From the NCBI GenBank assembly GCA_963830715.1, contig CAWHNS010000001.1:70192-134191 (forward strand): a DNA stretch of 64,000 nucleotides, in the 5' to 3' direction. Below the pieces are notes generated by a model. The model saw only the letters and a list, made by a program, of their open reading frames with translations. It was not told where the DNA came from and searched no databases. The translations under genes were made by a program, and so were the position numbers. Shown in pieces: positions 21,744 through 32,161 of the stretch. Source of the stretch: an uncultured delta proteobacterium. GTDB taxonomy: Bacteria > Desulfobacterota > Binatia > Binatales > Binataceae. Within the stretch, counting starts at the first letter, position 1. Each line of letters opens with the position of its first letter.

Positions 21744-22796
21744 TCAGGGAACGGGGGCGGTGGCCAGCAGGCCGGCGGCCTCGTCGTATCCGAGCATCAG
21801 GTTCAGGTTCTGGACCGCCTGCCCGGCGGCGCCCTTGCCGAGGTTGTCGATCGCGGTCAGCACGCACAGCGTCTGAGAGCGCCGATCGAGCAGCAATGAC
21901 AGCTCGCAGATGTTGGTGGCGCGCACGTTGCGCAGCTCGGGCAGCTCGCCGGCCTTGAGGACCCGCACGAAGCGCGCCTTGGCGAAGCTCGCCTCGAAGG
22001 CTGCGCGGACATCGTGCTCGGTCGTTCCGGTGCGCGGGCGCATGAAGATCGAGGTGAGGATGCCGCGCGTGACCGGCAGCAAGTGCGGCACGAACATCAC
22101 CGCCACCTCGCGGCCCAGCGCGGCGCCGATCTCCTGCTCGATTTCGGGAGTATGGCGATGGGTCCCGACGCTGTAGGCGCGGAAATTCTCGTTGACTTCG
22201 GCGAAAAGCTGCTCGACGCTTGCCTTGCGCCGCGCGCCGGTAGTGCCCGACTTGGAATCGATTACGATCGACGCCGGATCGATCAGATCGCGCCGGATCA
22301 GCGGCAGCAGACCCAGCAAGACGCCGGTCGGATAGCATCCGGGATTCGCGACGATCCGCGCCTCGCGCAGTTCGTGACGATGGAACTCGCTCAGTCCGTA
22401 AACCGCTTCCTTCAGGAGCGAGGGCGCCGGATGATCCACGCCGTAAACGGCGCGGTACGCAGCGGGATCCTTCAAGCGGAAGTCCGCCGAGACATCCACC
22501 ACCCTGGTGCCGCCCGAGGCCAGATCGGCGAGCATCTTGGTGCCGGTCGTCTCCGGCAAGCACGAAACCACGGCTTCGGCGCGCCCCCGCAGGAAGTCGG
22601 GCCGCATCTCCTCGAACGCGGGCAGATCGATTCCCGCCAGGTGGCGATACACGTCCGCCACCTCGCGCCCGGCGTAGTGCTCCGAGGTGAGGACGCTCAA
22701 CTCGACGAAAGGATGGCCGGCCAGAATGCGTACGGCTTCGATTCCGGAGTACCCGGACGCACCCAACACAGCTACTTTGACCCTGTTGTTAGCCAT
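21744..22796 (-). CDS. argC: N-acetyl-gamma-glutamyl-phosphate reductase
   Basis: GASGYSG NAD(P) motif and catalytic NPGCYPT. Confidence 0.9.
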   Translation of the reverse strand: MANNRVKVAVLGASGYSGIEAVRILAGHPFVELSVLTSEHYAGREVADVYRHLAGIDLPAFEEMRPDFLRGRAEAVVSCLPETTGTKMLADLASGGTRVVDVSADFRLKDPAAYRAVYGVDHPAPSLLKEAVYGLSEFHRHELREARIVANPGCYPTGVLLGLLPLIRRDLIDPASIVIDSKSGTTGARRKASVEQLFAEVNENFRAYSVGTHRHTPEIEQEIGAALGREVAVMFVPHLLPVTRGILTSIFMRPRTGTTEHDVRAAFEASFAKARFVRVLKAGELPELRNVRATNICELSLLLDRRSQTLCVLTAIDNLGKGAAGQAVQNLNLMLGYDEAAGLLATAPVP

Positions 22797-22914
22797 TGGG
22801 GTTCTCTGGTCGCTTCCTGGAGTTCACGGTTCGATCACCACCGAGTAACACGAATCGCCCGCCCATGCCAGTTGGGGCGCGACTGACGCCGGTCCGCCTT
22901 TTAGTGCCGGCGCA

Positions 22915-25168
22915 TCACTTGGTGTCGAATTCGAAGACCATCTCGGTGAGTTTCTCGCCGTTTCCGCTGGCCAGATAGAGGTTCAGGCTGTCGAGGTACA
23001 TTTCTATCAGCCGGTCCTCGCTCCCGCGTTCCTTCATCCGGAGTTCCTTCAGCACCAGCAGTTCCTCGACCGCGCGCCGATGTTCTTCCCGCGCTATCAA
23101 CTCACGAACGCCGGCGAAGCGGCGATAGAAAGCCGGATCGACGCCGTCGCTCGTATGTCCGACGACTTCCACGACCGGCAACTTCTCGTCCTTGCCCTTC
23201 ACTTTCACCAGTCCTATTTCGCGGACGATGTAGCCGTCGGCGCCGGCCTCTTGCAGGGTGTTCTTGCTGGCCAGCAGATGGACATCGAATTTGCGCGTGA
23301 GGCCTTCGAGCCGCGAGGCGAAGTTCACGCAGTCACCGATCACCGAATAGTCGAAGCGCGATTCTCCGCCGAGATTCCCCACCACCGGGTCGCCGGTGGC
23401 GATTCCGACCCCGATGTCGAAGTCGGCGAAGCGCAGATCTTCCTTCCTCAGGCGGGCCAGTTCGGCGAACATCGCCAGCGCCGTATCGATCGCGTGCCTG
23501 GCGGGATTCTGAACTGCGGCGGGCGCCCCCCAGAACGCCATGATGGCGTCGCCCATCAGCTTGTCCACCACCCCATCGGCTTCCAGAATCAGGTCGAGCA
23601 TGCGGGTGAAATAGACGTTCAACTCCGTGATCAACGCCTCCGGAGACTCGGCCTTCTCGGCGCGCGAGGTGAAACCCTGGATGTCGGCGAACATGACGCT
23701 CATGTGACGGCGATCGCCGCCCAGCTTGAGGCCCTCGGGATTGTCCACGACACTCGCGATGACCTCGGGATTCATGTAGTGCTCGAACGCGTGGCGCAGA
23801 TGGCGCTTCTCGCGGATCTCGGTGAAGTAACGAAAGCTGGCGACCGCCACGTACACCGCGAGTTGGACCGTCAAGGGGAAAACGATGCCCAGCACGGCGC
23901 CGCCGTCCGCCAGCCGATACCTCGCATACCCGATGTAACCTCCGGCGGTCACGAGGAAGGCGAGCGCGGCCATCGCCGGGGGCAGATGCGCGACAGCAAA
24001 GCCGAGCGCGAGAGCCAACAGCAGCGAAACAATCCACTGCTCGGACTCGGTCGCCTTGGTGCGGCGGATGAAATCGCCGCGCAGGATATTGTCGATGGTG
24101 TTGGCGTGCACTTCGACGCCGGGAAAATCAGCGCCTACCGGCGTCACAACGCGGTCGCCAAGGCCGGTCGCCTCCAGGCCGACCAGGACGATCTTTCCGG
24201 CGAGGTCCGCAGCCGGCACGCGATGCGCGATCACGTCGGACGCGGAGTAGGTGCGAAAGGTATGCTTGGGGCCGCGGTAGTTCAGCAGCATCCTGCCCAG
24301 TTCGTCGACCGGAATGTCCTGATCGCCGACAGCCACGCCGACGACCCCGGTTTGGTTCATCAAAAGCGACATCGGAGCCTGACCGCGATAGGCGCTCACC
24401 AGCGCGAGGCTTAACGGAACCCAGTAGTGGCCGTGGAACTGCACGACCATCAGTTCGGTGCGCAACTCCCCGTCGCTGTCCTCATCGACAACGACATGAC
24501 CCGTTCCGCTCGCGGCAGACGCGATCAAATCGCGAGTCGGCAGATAGGCGTCGGCCGTCACCAGTTCGGGAGGCGGCCCGTCCGATCGCACCAGGTTATA
24601 AGCGAGTGGCGCCGGCTTGCGGATGGCGGTGGTGAATCCGTTGAGGGTCTCGACGCTCCTGCGGCCGCTGAGATGATGACTCGCGAATGCATAGCCGATA
24701 TAGGTCGAGCACCTGTTCGCGCAGCGCGCGCGCGAAAGCCTCATCGTTGTCGGGGCCAAGGCTGTCCTGCACCGCGGCGTCGCTTACGCCGGCGGTCTTC
24801 AAGCGGACCGCGATCGCATGGCGCTGGACATCCTGGTCGTCGGCTTCGCTGAAGATCAGGTCGAGGCCAACCACCGATACCTTGTAGTCCCTTAACGCGT
24901 CGATAAGCCTGGCGTAGACGCTTCGCGGCCAAGGGTAATGGCCGAGTTCCTTGATGCTGGCGTCATCGATCGCGACGACCACTACTTTCCCGGTTGTCGG
25001 CAGACTGCCCCGCGCCTGCATCCTTAAGTCATAGCCCTTCAGTTCCGCCAGCTCGACGCCTTGCCGATAACGCGATCCGATGGCGAACATCACGATCACC
25101 GCCATGACGCCCAGGATGGAAGCTCTCCAGCCTCCGCTGAGCCGCACTTTGCGTTTGGTAGCCGCCAT
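22915..25168 (-). CDS. CHASE2 sensor domain / class III adenylate-guanylate cyclase; one frame break in this sequence
   Basis: The N-terminal TM plus CHASE2 start is in ORF 24596..25168 and the rest in ORF 22915..24759. The junction ..ALREQ(V)|STYIGYAF.. lies near 24703-24716. Cyclase motifs VMFADIQGFTS and GDAIMAFWGAP are present. Confidence 0.85.
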
Positions 25169-25219
25169 CGGGGACTCCGGGATTAGGAGTCTAGCGTGCG
25201 GGAAGGACTCGCGCTAATC

Positions 25220-25280
25220 AGATCGGAAACGCGCTTTAGAACCGATCCGGGAACGCGCTGAAAGACCGATCCGGGAACGA
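25220..25280. repeat. three tandem ~23-24-bp direct repeats (core GATC(C)GG(G/A)AACG(C/A)) in the gap between the beta-barrel-like gene and the cyclase gene
   Basis: agatcggaaacgcg (25220), ccgatccgggaacgcg (25242), ccgatccgggaacga (25266). Confidence 0.6.
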
Positions 25281-25283
25281 TAG

Positions 25284-26049
25284 CTACTCGGTCCAGCCGA
25301 ACTGCTTGAAGATAGTTACCTGGCCGTACTGATGGGCGTCGCCGTAGCCCGCTTGTGCGGTGAACCCGATCGACCACGGGCGGTAGTAGAACGTCAGATC
25401 GGGACCGCCTTGGCCCTCGACGCTGGTGAGGAAGCCGCCGCCGTAGATCGCGCCTCCCGCGCCTGCCAGCACCAGGTATCTCTCGCGCGACAGCACCACG
25501 GCCTGCAGGTCAACCTCCCCGCTGGTGACGCCATTCTGATAATCGTGCAGCGCGCTGAAGGAAAAGCTGAGCGGATGGAGCGTGCGGACCAGAAGCCAAC
25601 TGCTGAAATCGCCTTCGATAACCGAGGCGTCGCTGTCGCCTACGTCATGCCCGCCCGAGATGAACAGATGAACATTTCTGAGCGGCGCGAAATCGATCCC
25701 GCCCTGGAACCGGCCGAAGTTCAGACGGGGGAACGATCCTGCGGTGGGATCCAGCGGACTTTCGAAATCCCTGACCGATCCAGAGTTGATAGCCGGTAAC
25801 CCGGCCGAAGACGCCGACATATCGGGTGAGGCTCTGCTCGAACTGCACGCCCTCCTGCGCGGTCCCGTATTTGTCGCTGGCGAAACCGCCCCCGAACATC
25901 GTGGCCTCGGCGTGGCCGGGGCTCTCGAGCTGGAAGAAGTCGGAGTAGGTACCGGTGGCCTGCGCGTGAGCGGTTCCGGCGGCCATCAGAGCGGCAAGCA
26001 CGATCGCGACCGCACCCGGCGTCCTGAAATCACGAATAACACTCGCCAA
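25284..26049 (-). CDS. small signal-peptide protein with beta-strand-like alternation (putative outer-membrane beta-barrel); one frame break
   Basis: ORF 25645..26049 (signal peptide ..LMAAGTAHA) continues in ORF 25284..25820 after the junction ..GYQLWIG|(S)VRDFESPLDP.. near 25770-25778. The protein ends ..FKQFGWTE. Confidence 0.45.
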
Positions 26050-26063
26050 GGGCTACACCTCCG

Positions 26064-26873
26064 CTACGGCGGGCAGGGCGGACACGATGGTGGCGGCGCG
26101 CCTACTGTCGGTGGCGATGTCACGCCAATCGGGCCGCCTCCGGCTCCGCCGCCTCCTCCGCCGCCTGCACCGCCTCCACCGGCGGCATGGCCTCCAGACG
26201 ATGTGGTGCTCGCGCCGGTAAAGCCCAGCGGGCCGGGAGACAGAGGCGACAACCCGCACGGGACGCTGGTCTCGTAGCCGGCGGTAATCGACACCTCCGG
26301 CGCGTTGGGAACTCCAGGCTGAGATAGTCCGACTACGCCGTCGTACACAGCCACGTCAGTGAACCGGTTGCATCCGGTGAGGCCCGGGCGCGTGCTTCCC
26401 TCCTCGTAGCCGGTTGCGAAGTCGGTGCCACGCGCCGCGGCGACCGCGTTGGGGGTATGAACCTCGAAGTTGGGCGATCCGCCCGCGGTCAGATTGACGA
26501 ACGAGCGCACGAAGCCCGTGAAGAGGCTGACCTGGGTGCGTGCCCGCCCGCCGCCGGCTCCCAGCACGTGCTCGTCGATTACCAACACGCTCGACTCGCC
26601 CATTTGAAGCTTGCTCGCGTCCGTCAGCGTGATCGTCAGGAAAGAGTTGGAGTCGGTATTGAGCCGGTCTCCGGTCTGCACCAGCATGTTCAGCGTCACG
26701 CCCGACCTCGCGGTTCCGCGCTGGAGGTAGGCGGTGCCGGTAAGTTCGGTTACCGATCCGGCGACGGTCTGCGCCGAGGCGTGAGCGGCCGTGAGCGCGA
26801 TCAGGAGCGCAACCACGGCGAGCAAGTGCAGCGCCTTCGCGGCATCTCGCGTGACAGCGGTATCGAATTTCAC
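26064..26873 (-). CDS. FecR-domain secreted protein with a Gly-rich, Pro/Cys-rich tail
   Basis: Signal peptide. FecR-like pattern ..TGDRL.T..NSFLTITL.D.S.L.M.E.S.L.. ..V.TP.AVAAARGTDF.. The tail reads GGGGAGGGGGGGAGGG...PPPSCPPCPP. Confidence 0.65.
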   Translation of the reverse strand: MKFDTAVTRDAAKALHLLAVVALLIALTAAHASAQTVAGSVTELTGTAYLQRGTARSGVTLNMLVQTGDRLNTDSNSFLTITLTDASKLQMGESSVLVIDEHVLGAGGGRARTQVSLFTGFVRSFVNLTAGGSPNFEVHTPNAVAAARGTDFATGYEEGSTRPGLTGCNRFTDVAVYDGVVGLSQPGVPNAPEVSITAGYETSVPCGLSPLSPGPLGFTGASTTSSGGHAAGGGGAGGGGGGGAGGGPIGVTSPPTVGAPPPSCPPCPP

Positions 26874-26995
26874 CAGGGCTAAGGCCTCCCCCGCAACTCT
26901 TCCGCAGCTTTAGTGATTTGTCACGCGACTGTCAAATCTTGACCACGCGTGCTCGGCCGATGGAGAAGACATTCCCAAGGGGATTCGATTTTGCC

Positions 26996-27394
26996 TCAGC
27001 GCTTCGAGTATTGAGGCCGTTTGCGCGCCTTATGGTGCCCGTACTTCTTGCGTTCCACTTCGCGAGGATCGCGGGTGAGCATCCCGGCCTTCCTCAATGT
27101 CGGCCGCAAAGCCTCCGAGGCAGTGACCAACGCCCGCGATATCCCGTGGCGGACCGCGTCGGCCTGCGCGGAGATTCCTCCGCCGGTTACCCGCACCAGC
27201 ACGTCGAACTGCCCCTTGGTCTCGGTGAGCTCGAACGGCTCCAGAATACGCATCCGTGCGGTGTCGCGCGGGAAGTAGTCTTCGAGCGCGCGTTCGTTGA
27301 TCGTGATCGCGCCGCCGCCCGGCAGCATGCGCACTCGCGCCACGGCGGTCTTGCGCTTGCCGGTAGTCCAAATCGTTTGCTTTCTTTCAGGCAT
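26996..27394 (-). CDS. rpsI: 30S ribosomal protein S9
   Basis: [19 protein letters not shown] and the C-terminal ..[11 protein letters not shown]. Confidence 0.95.
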   Translation of the reverse strand: MPERKQTIWTTGKRKTAVARVRMLPGGGAITINERALEDYFPRDTARMRILEPFELTETKGQFDVLVRVTGGGISAQADAVRHGISRALVTASEALRPTLRKAGMLTRDPREVERKKYGHHKARKRPQYSKR

Positions 27395-27860
27395 CGGTAG
27401 TCGAAGTCCTCGATTGGAGCTTGTCAGGTTCCGGCTTTTGCGCGACGTGCGGATGCTCCGCGCCGCGGTACACCTTCAGTTTGGTGAACAGACGCCGACC
27501 GAGCCGGTTCTTCGGGAGCATCCCCCGCACCGCCATCTCGATCAGCCGCTCGGGCTTGCTCGCCAGGATCTTGCCCGCGGTCGTGGTGCGGACGCCGCCC
27601 GGGTACCCGGTATGGCGACGGTAATCCTTGGTGTCGAGCTTCGACCCGGTCAGGCGGACTTTCGCGGCGTTGATCACCACTACGAAGTCACCCATGTCCT
27701 GATGAGGAGTGAAATCGGGCCGATGCTTTCCGCGCAGGATACTCGCAGCGCGCGACGCGACGCGGCCCAGCGCGCGCCCGTCCGCGTCGATGACCAGCCA
27801 GTGGCGGGATTGCAGGCCGCTCTCACGCGATACGCTTTTGGTTTGTTCGGTCAGCTTCAA
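27387..27860 (-). CDS. rplM: 50S ribosomal protein L13
   Basis: [34 protein letters not shown]; overlaps rpsI by 8 nt. Confidence 0.95.
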   Translation of the reverse strand: MKLTEQTKSVSRESGLQSRHWLVIDADGRALGRVASRAASILRGKHRPDFTPHQDMGDFVVVINAAKVRLTGSKLDTKDYRRHTGYPGGVRTTTAGKILASKPERLIEMAVRGMLPKNRLGRRLFTKLKVYRGAEHPHVAQKPEPDKLQSRTSTTDA

Positions 27861-27914
27861 TGTTCCACACCATTGCGCCCGGCCGGATGCGTCCCCGCCG
27901 CGGGCGCTGAATCG

Positions 27915-27992
27915 TGGCGGGGCCGATGGGATTTGAACCCACGACTTCCGACGTGACAGGCCGGCGTTCTAACCGGGCTGAACTACGACCCC
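27915..27992 (-). tRNA. tRNA-Asp(GTC): tRNA-Asp (anticodon GTC), CCA encoded
   Basis: Hand-folded cloverleaf: acceptor GGGGTCG/CGGCCCC; anticodon stem CCGGC/GTCGG with loop CTGTCAC; T-arm GTGGG-TTCAAAT-CCCAT; discriminator G plus CCA. Closely parallels E. coli tRNA-Asp. Confidence 0.9.
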
Positions 27993-28084
27993 GCCGAACC
28001 ATCCTTTGTTACATTTTCCCCCAGTCGGAGCAACCAAGCATCCGGGAGAGGAATGGCGGGCGGGACGCCGGCCACTGCGCGAAA

Positions 28085-28137
28085 GGGCCGTTTTCACGAA
28101 CGGCCCCCACAAGGCGGCACACGCTGAAACGTGTGCC
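28085..28137. repeat. two adjacent perfect 8-bp GC-rich hairpins (GGGCCGTT-ttcacg-AACGGCCC and GGCACACG-ctgaaa-CGTGTGCC)
   Basis: Read directly. They lie in the divergent gap between tRNA-Asp and phoH. Confidence 0.6.
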
Positions 28138-28190
28138 AATCGAGAGATCCGCTTCATTGGACTGGCAACCGAGAGCGCAAAACAGTTAGA

Positions 28191-29266
28191 ATGCAACCGG
28201 TATCGGACGCGGCAGCACGGATCGAATCAAGACGGCCAGAGGCGATAGCGCTATTTCCCAGCTAGCCAGCGACGACTCGCTCGAACTCCATTTCGACGAC
28301 CCTCGACATTTCACGAGTCTGGTAGGGCAGCACGACGCCCATATCCGGACGATCGAGAACGCACTCGGGGTCCGAATCGGGGTTAGCGGCGCCTCGCTCA
28401 AGATAACCGGCGGCCACAGTCAGCAGGCGCTGGCCGGAAAGCTGCTGAGCGAACTCTACGAGATGCTCAAGCGGGGCTATCCGATCTATCCGAGCGACGT
28501 GGAGTATTCGATTCGAATTCTGCGCGGCGATCGCAATATCGATCTGAAGGAGATTTTTCTCGACACGGTATACGTGTCCGCCCACAAGCGGGTCATCTCG
28601 CCCAAGAGCGTAAACCAGAAGCTCTACATCGACGCGATCCGCAATCACGATATCGTGTTCGGAATCGGCCCGGCGGGCACCGGCAAGACCTATCTCGCGA
28701 TGGCGATGGCGCTGGCGGCGCTGATGAAGAATCAGGTCACGCGGATGGTGCTGTGCCGACCGGCGGTCGAGGCCGGAGAGCGGCTCGGCTTCCTGCCCGG
28801 CGACCTGGCGGAAAAAGTCAATCCGTATCTGAGGCCCCTGTACGACGCGCTGCACGACATGGTGGACTTTGACCGCGCGCGGCGGATGCTCGAGCGGGGA
28901 ACGATCGAAGTGGCGCCGCTCGCGTTCATGCGCGGCCGGACGCTGAACGATTCGTTCATCATCCTGGACGAGGCCCAGAACAGCACCTCCGAGCAGATGA
29001 AAATGTTCCTCACCCGGCTCGGCTACAACTCCAAGGCCGTGATCACCGGCGACATCACGCAGATCGATTTGCCGAGCGGCAAGCTTTCGGGGCTCAAGGA
29101 AGCGCGCACCGTGCTGAAAAACACGCCCGGGATCGCGTTCGTGTTCTTCGACGAGCGCGACGTGGTCCGCCATCGGCTGGTCCAGGCGATCATAACCGCG
29201 TACGAATCGGCCAGCGGCGAGCGCTCGAGGCCTGAGGCCGGAAGCGACGGCACAACCGGAAGCTAG
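28191..29266 (+). CDS. phoH: PhoH-like ATPase (PhoH/YbeZ); the N-terminal region lacks an in-frame start, so a frame break is probable
   Basis: Walker A GPAGTGKT and Walker B IILDEAQN. The PhoH N-domain homology (..LELHFDD...LVGQHD.HIRTIE.ALGVRI..) is in frame from 28262 but has no start codon back to the stop at 28187. ATG 28191 is in another frame, implying an indel near 28250-28262. The first in-frame ATG is 28463. Confidence 0.8.
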
Positions 29267-29289
29267 GCTGGCGGCGGGTCGGGCGGGCG

Positions 29290-29863
29290 GTGGCGGTCGA
29301 GGCTCAGATGCGAGAGCGCGTGCGGCCGGCGCTTTGCGCGCCGGTTGCGATCGGACGCGCGGGCGCTGATGCGCCTGCTCGGGCTCGAGTCGGCGGACCT
29401 GTCTATCATGATCGTCGGCGATCGCGCGATACGCACCCTCAATCGCGATTACCGGAAGACGGATCGCGCGACCGACGTCCTGTCGTTCGCGCAGTTGGAG
29501 GATCGCGATGCGGACGGGCCGGCAGATAGCGGTGGCACAGGCTTCCAGGGTGTGAATGGCGCGCCGCACGCAGGGACGGCGGGCCGTCCGGGTCTGATTC
29601 TGGGCGACGTGGTGATTTCCGTCGAGACGGCGCTGCGGCAGGCGCGCGCACGGCGCGTTGCGCCGGCGGCGCGTCTGCGCGCGCTCTTGATTCACGGCCT
29701 GCTCCATCTGCTCGGCTACGACCACGAGCGATCGCCGGCGGAGGCCCGGCTGATGTTCGCGCGCGAGCGCGAACTGGCCGCAAGGCTGGCCGCGAGGGAT
29801 CGCACCACCGGCATCCGTCGTGGCGCCGGCAAGATGCCGGCGCCACGCAAAGAGACCCGATGA
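29290..29863 (+). CDS. ybeY: endoribonuclease YbeY (rRNA maturation); probable frame break near the 5' end
   Basis: Zinc motif HGLLHLLGYDH and ..TDVLSF.. The single-frame part begins at TTG 29345, leaving too short an N-terminus. GTG 29290 (VAVEAQMRERV..) would supply it if one indel lies near 29325-29345. Confidence 0.8.
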
Positions 29864-30417
29864 ATCGCGGCGTGCGCGCCATCCCGCGGGCCGCGATGCT
29901 GACGCATTTCACGCGCGGCGCCGTCGTCTCGTCCGCGCTTGACAACCTCGCTGCCATCCTGCGCGAAGGCGTCATCCGCGGCTCCTCCCGGATGATCCGC
30001 GGCAAGCGCGACGCGGTGTGCCTGTTCGACGCGCCGCTGTCGGAACTCGACCAGCTACTTGACCGTCGCAATCGCCGCCGATACCAGCCATTCGGGATCG
30101 CGCTCGACAAACGGTATGCTTTCAGGATGGGAGCACGGCCGGTCTTCTACATGCCGTGGCTAGAGGCGCAGCGCCTGCTTCCGGCCGGCGAATTGTGGCG
30201 GGTCGTGGCGATCGACATGGACCGGGCGCAGCCGATTGACTGGAGCTTCGAGCGCGAATGGCGCATCGCGGGCGATCTGCCGATCGAGCCCCGGCGGTCG
30301 GTGGCGCTGGTCGAGACCTGGCGTGACGCAGACGAGATCTTCGATCGGTTCGGGGGCCATCCGCCATGCGGCGGTGTCATCCCGTTAAGCGATCTTTTCG
30401 GATCACATCGGCGATGA
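29860..30417 (+). CDS. hypothetical protein occupying the position where corC/ybeX usually sits
   Basis: 185 aa with ATGA overlaps to both ybeY and lnt. Motifs THFT....L..IL..G.I, ..PFGIALDK...F..GARPVFY and ..DWSFEREWR are faintly reminiscent of AbiGi/DUF2971-type proteins (weak recall only). Confidence 0.5.
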   Translation: MNRGVRAIPRAAMLTHFTRGAVVSSALDNLAAILREGVIRGSSRMIRGKRDAVCLFDAPLSELDQLLDRRNRRRYQPFGIALDKRYAFRMGARPVFYMPWLEAQRLLPAGELWRVVAIDMDRAQPIDWSFEREWRIAGDLPIEPRRSVALVETWRDADEIFDRFGGHPPCGGVIPLSDLFGSHRR

Positions 30418-32086
30418 AATCTCACGTAGGACCCAAAGCTGGACTGGCGATCGCGAGCGGTGTCGCCCTCGCGCTTGCCTTTCCGAAGTTCGATCTGAAT
30501 CTGCTCGCATGGGTGGCGTTCATTCCGCTTTTCTATGCGGTCGAGGACGAACCGCTGAATTGGGTTTTCGCGTACGCCTGGCTTCAGGGCCTCGCCTGCT
30601 ACGTCGTTTCGCTCTACTGGGTGACGATCACGCTGCACGATTTCGCTCGCGTGTCATTGGTGGTTTCGGCTCTGCCGCTGATCCTGCTGTCGGCCGTGGT
30701 CGCGATTTACACCGCGGTCGGGATATGGGCGGGCGAATACGCCGCACGGCGCCTACGAATCCCGCTGTTCGTTACCGCGCCGATAGCGTGGACCGCGGTC
30801 GAATGGCTTCGAACCTTCTTCCCGCTCGGCTTTCCCTGGAACCTGCTGGGCGTCGCGGCCTATCGCAACCTTCAGCTGATCCAGTTCGCCGAGTTCACCG
30901 GGACGCTCGGCGTCTCGGCGCAGATCATGCTCTTCAACGCCGTCATCTATTGCGTGCTCACGTCGCGATACAGCCCGCGCGCGAGGGTCTGGAGCCTTGG
31001 ATCGCTGACCGGAATCATGCTGGCCGCCCTGATCTTCGGGACGATCCGCATCGGGCAGCTCGATTCCGCGCCGGCCGAGGGCGGACTCAGAGTCGCGATG
31101 GTGCAGGGGAACATCCCGCAGGGCCTCAAGTGGAAGCCCGAGAACCTGGCCAACAGCTTCCGCATCTATGTGGAGCAGAGCCAGCTCGCGGCGCGGGAGG
31201 GCGCGGACCTGATCGTATGGCCGGAAGCCGCCGCCGAGTTTTTCTTCCAGCCCGACGACACCTACCCCGCGATGTTTGCCGATGACGCGGAGTATCGCAA
31301 TCGGTTGATCGAACTGGCGCGAAAAAGCGGCGACGACTTTCTTTTCGGTGCGCCCGCGATCGGATACAGGGACGGAAGAGTCGGCGCGTACAATCGCGCC
31401 GATTTCGTTTCGGGCAGCGGCGGCTTGCGGGCTACTACGACAAGATTCAGCTCGTGCCGTTTGGCGAGTACGTGCCCCTGCGGCGCGTTCTTGGCGTCTT
31501 CGTCAACCGGATCGTGGCCGGCTTCGGCGACATGATTCCCGGCACGCAGCCGACCCTGTTCGATGTCAAAGGCGCCAGACTCGGCGTGCTGATTTGCTAC
31601 GAGAGCATCTTCCCGGATCTCGCGCGGATCGAGGTCAAGCGCGGCGCCGACATCCTGGTGAACATCACCAATGACGCATGGTACGGCCGGAACTCCGCGC
31701 CCTACCAGTTGCTCGCGATGGCCGCGATGAGATCGGTCGAGAACAAGGTCCCGATGGTCCGCGTGGCCAATACCGGGATCAGCGCGGTAATTTCGCCGAC
31801 CGGCAGGATCACCGCGCCCACCGATCTTTTCGTTCGCGACATGGAGATCGAAAAAGTCGGCTGGCGAAAGAGCGGCACGCTGTACAGCGCCGTGGGAGAC
31901 CTGTTTGCGGAGATCTGCTTCGTGCTGACGGCAGCCGCGATCCTCGGCTCATGGCTCCGGCCGCGCCGACTCAAGCCGCTCGACCAATTCACCTCGGAGC
32001 TGTTCGCCCGCAACGGCAGACAGCGGATCGCGAGCGGCTCATCCAGCCCCGGCCCGTCGCAGGGCAACCACGAGCGCGCGCCGTAA
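30414..32086 (+). CDS. lnt: apolipoprotein N-acyltransferase; one frame break in this sequence
   Basis: N-terminal TM domain plus CN-hydrolase domain (..LIVWPE.., ..GVLICYESIFP..). The junction ..SGSGGL|(A)GYYDKIQLVPFGEYVP.. lies near 31425-31432 and joins ORFs 30366..31535 and 31454..32086. Confidence 0.85.
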
Positions 32087-32161
32087 GTCAGGGCTCGACA
32101 TGCTGCTCGGAAGCGTGCTCGAAGCTATGTGGGCCACCTTGCGCGCCGCGTGCATTTTCGA

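Noticed and set aside
26064-26200. GC-rich low-complexity tract (GGN/CCN runs) as an independent repeat or G-quadruplex element.
   Set aside because: It is in frame as the Gly-rich/Pro-rich C-terminal tail of the FecR-like CDS. I have no evidence for a separate function.
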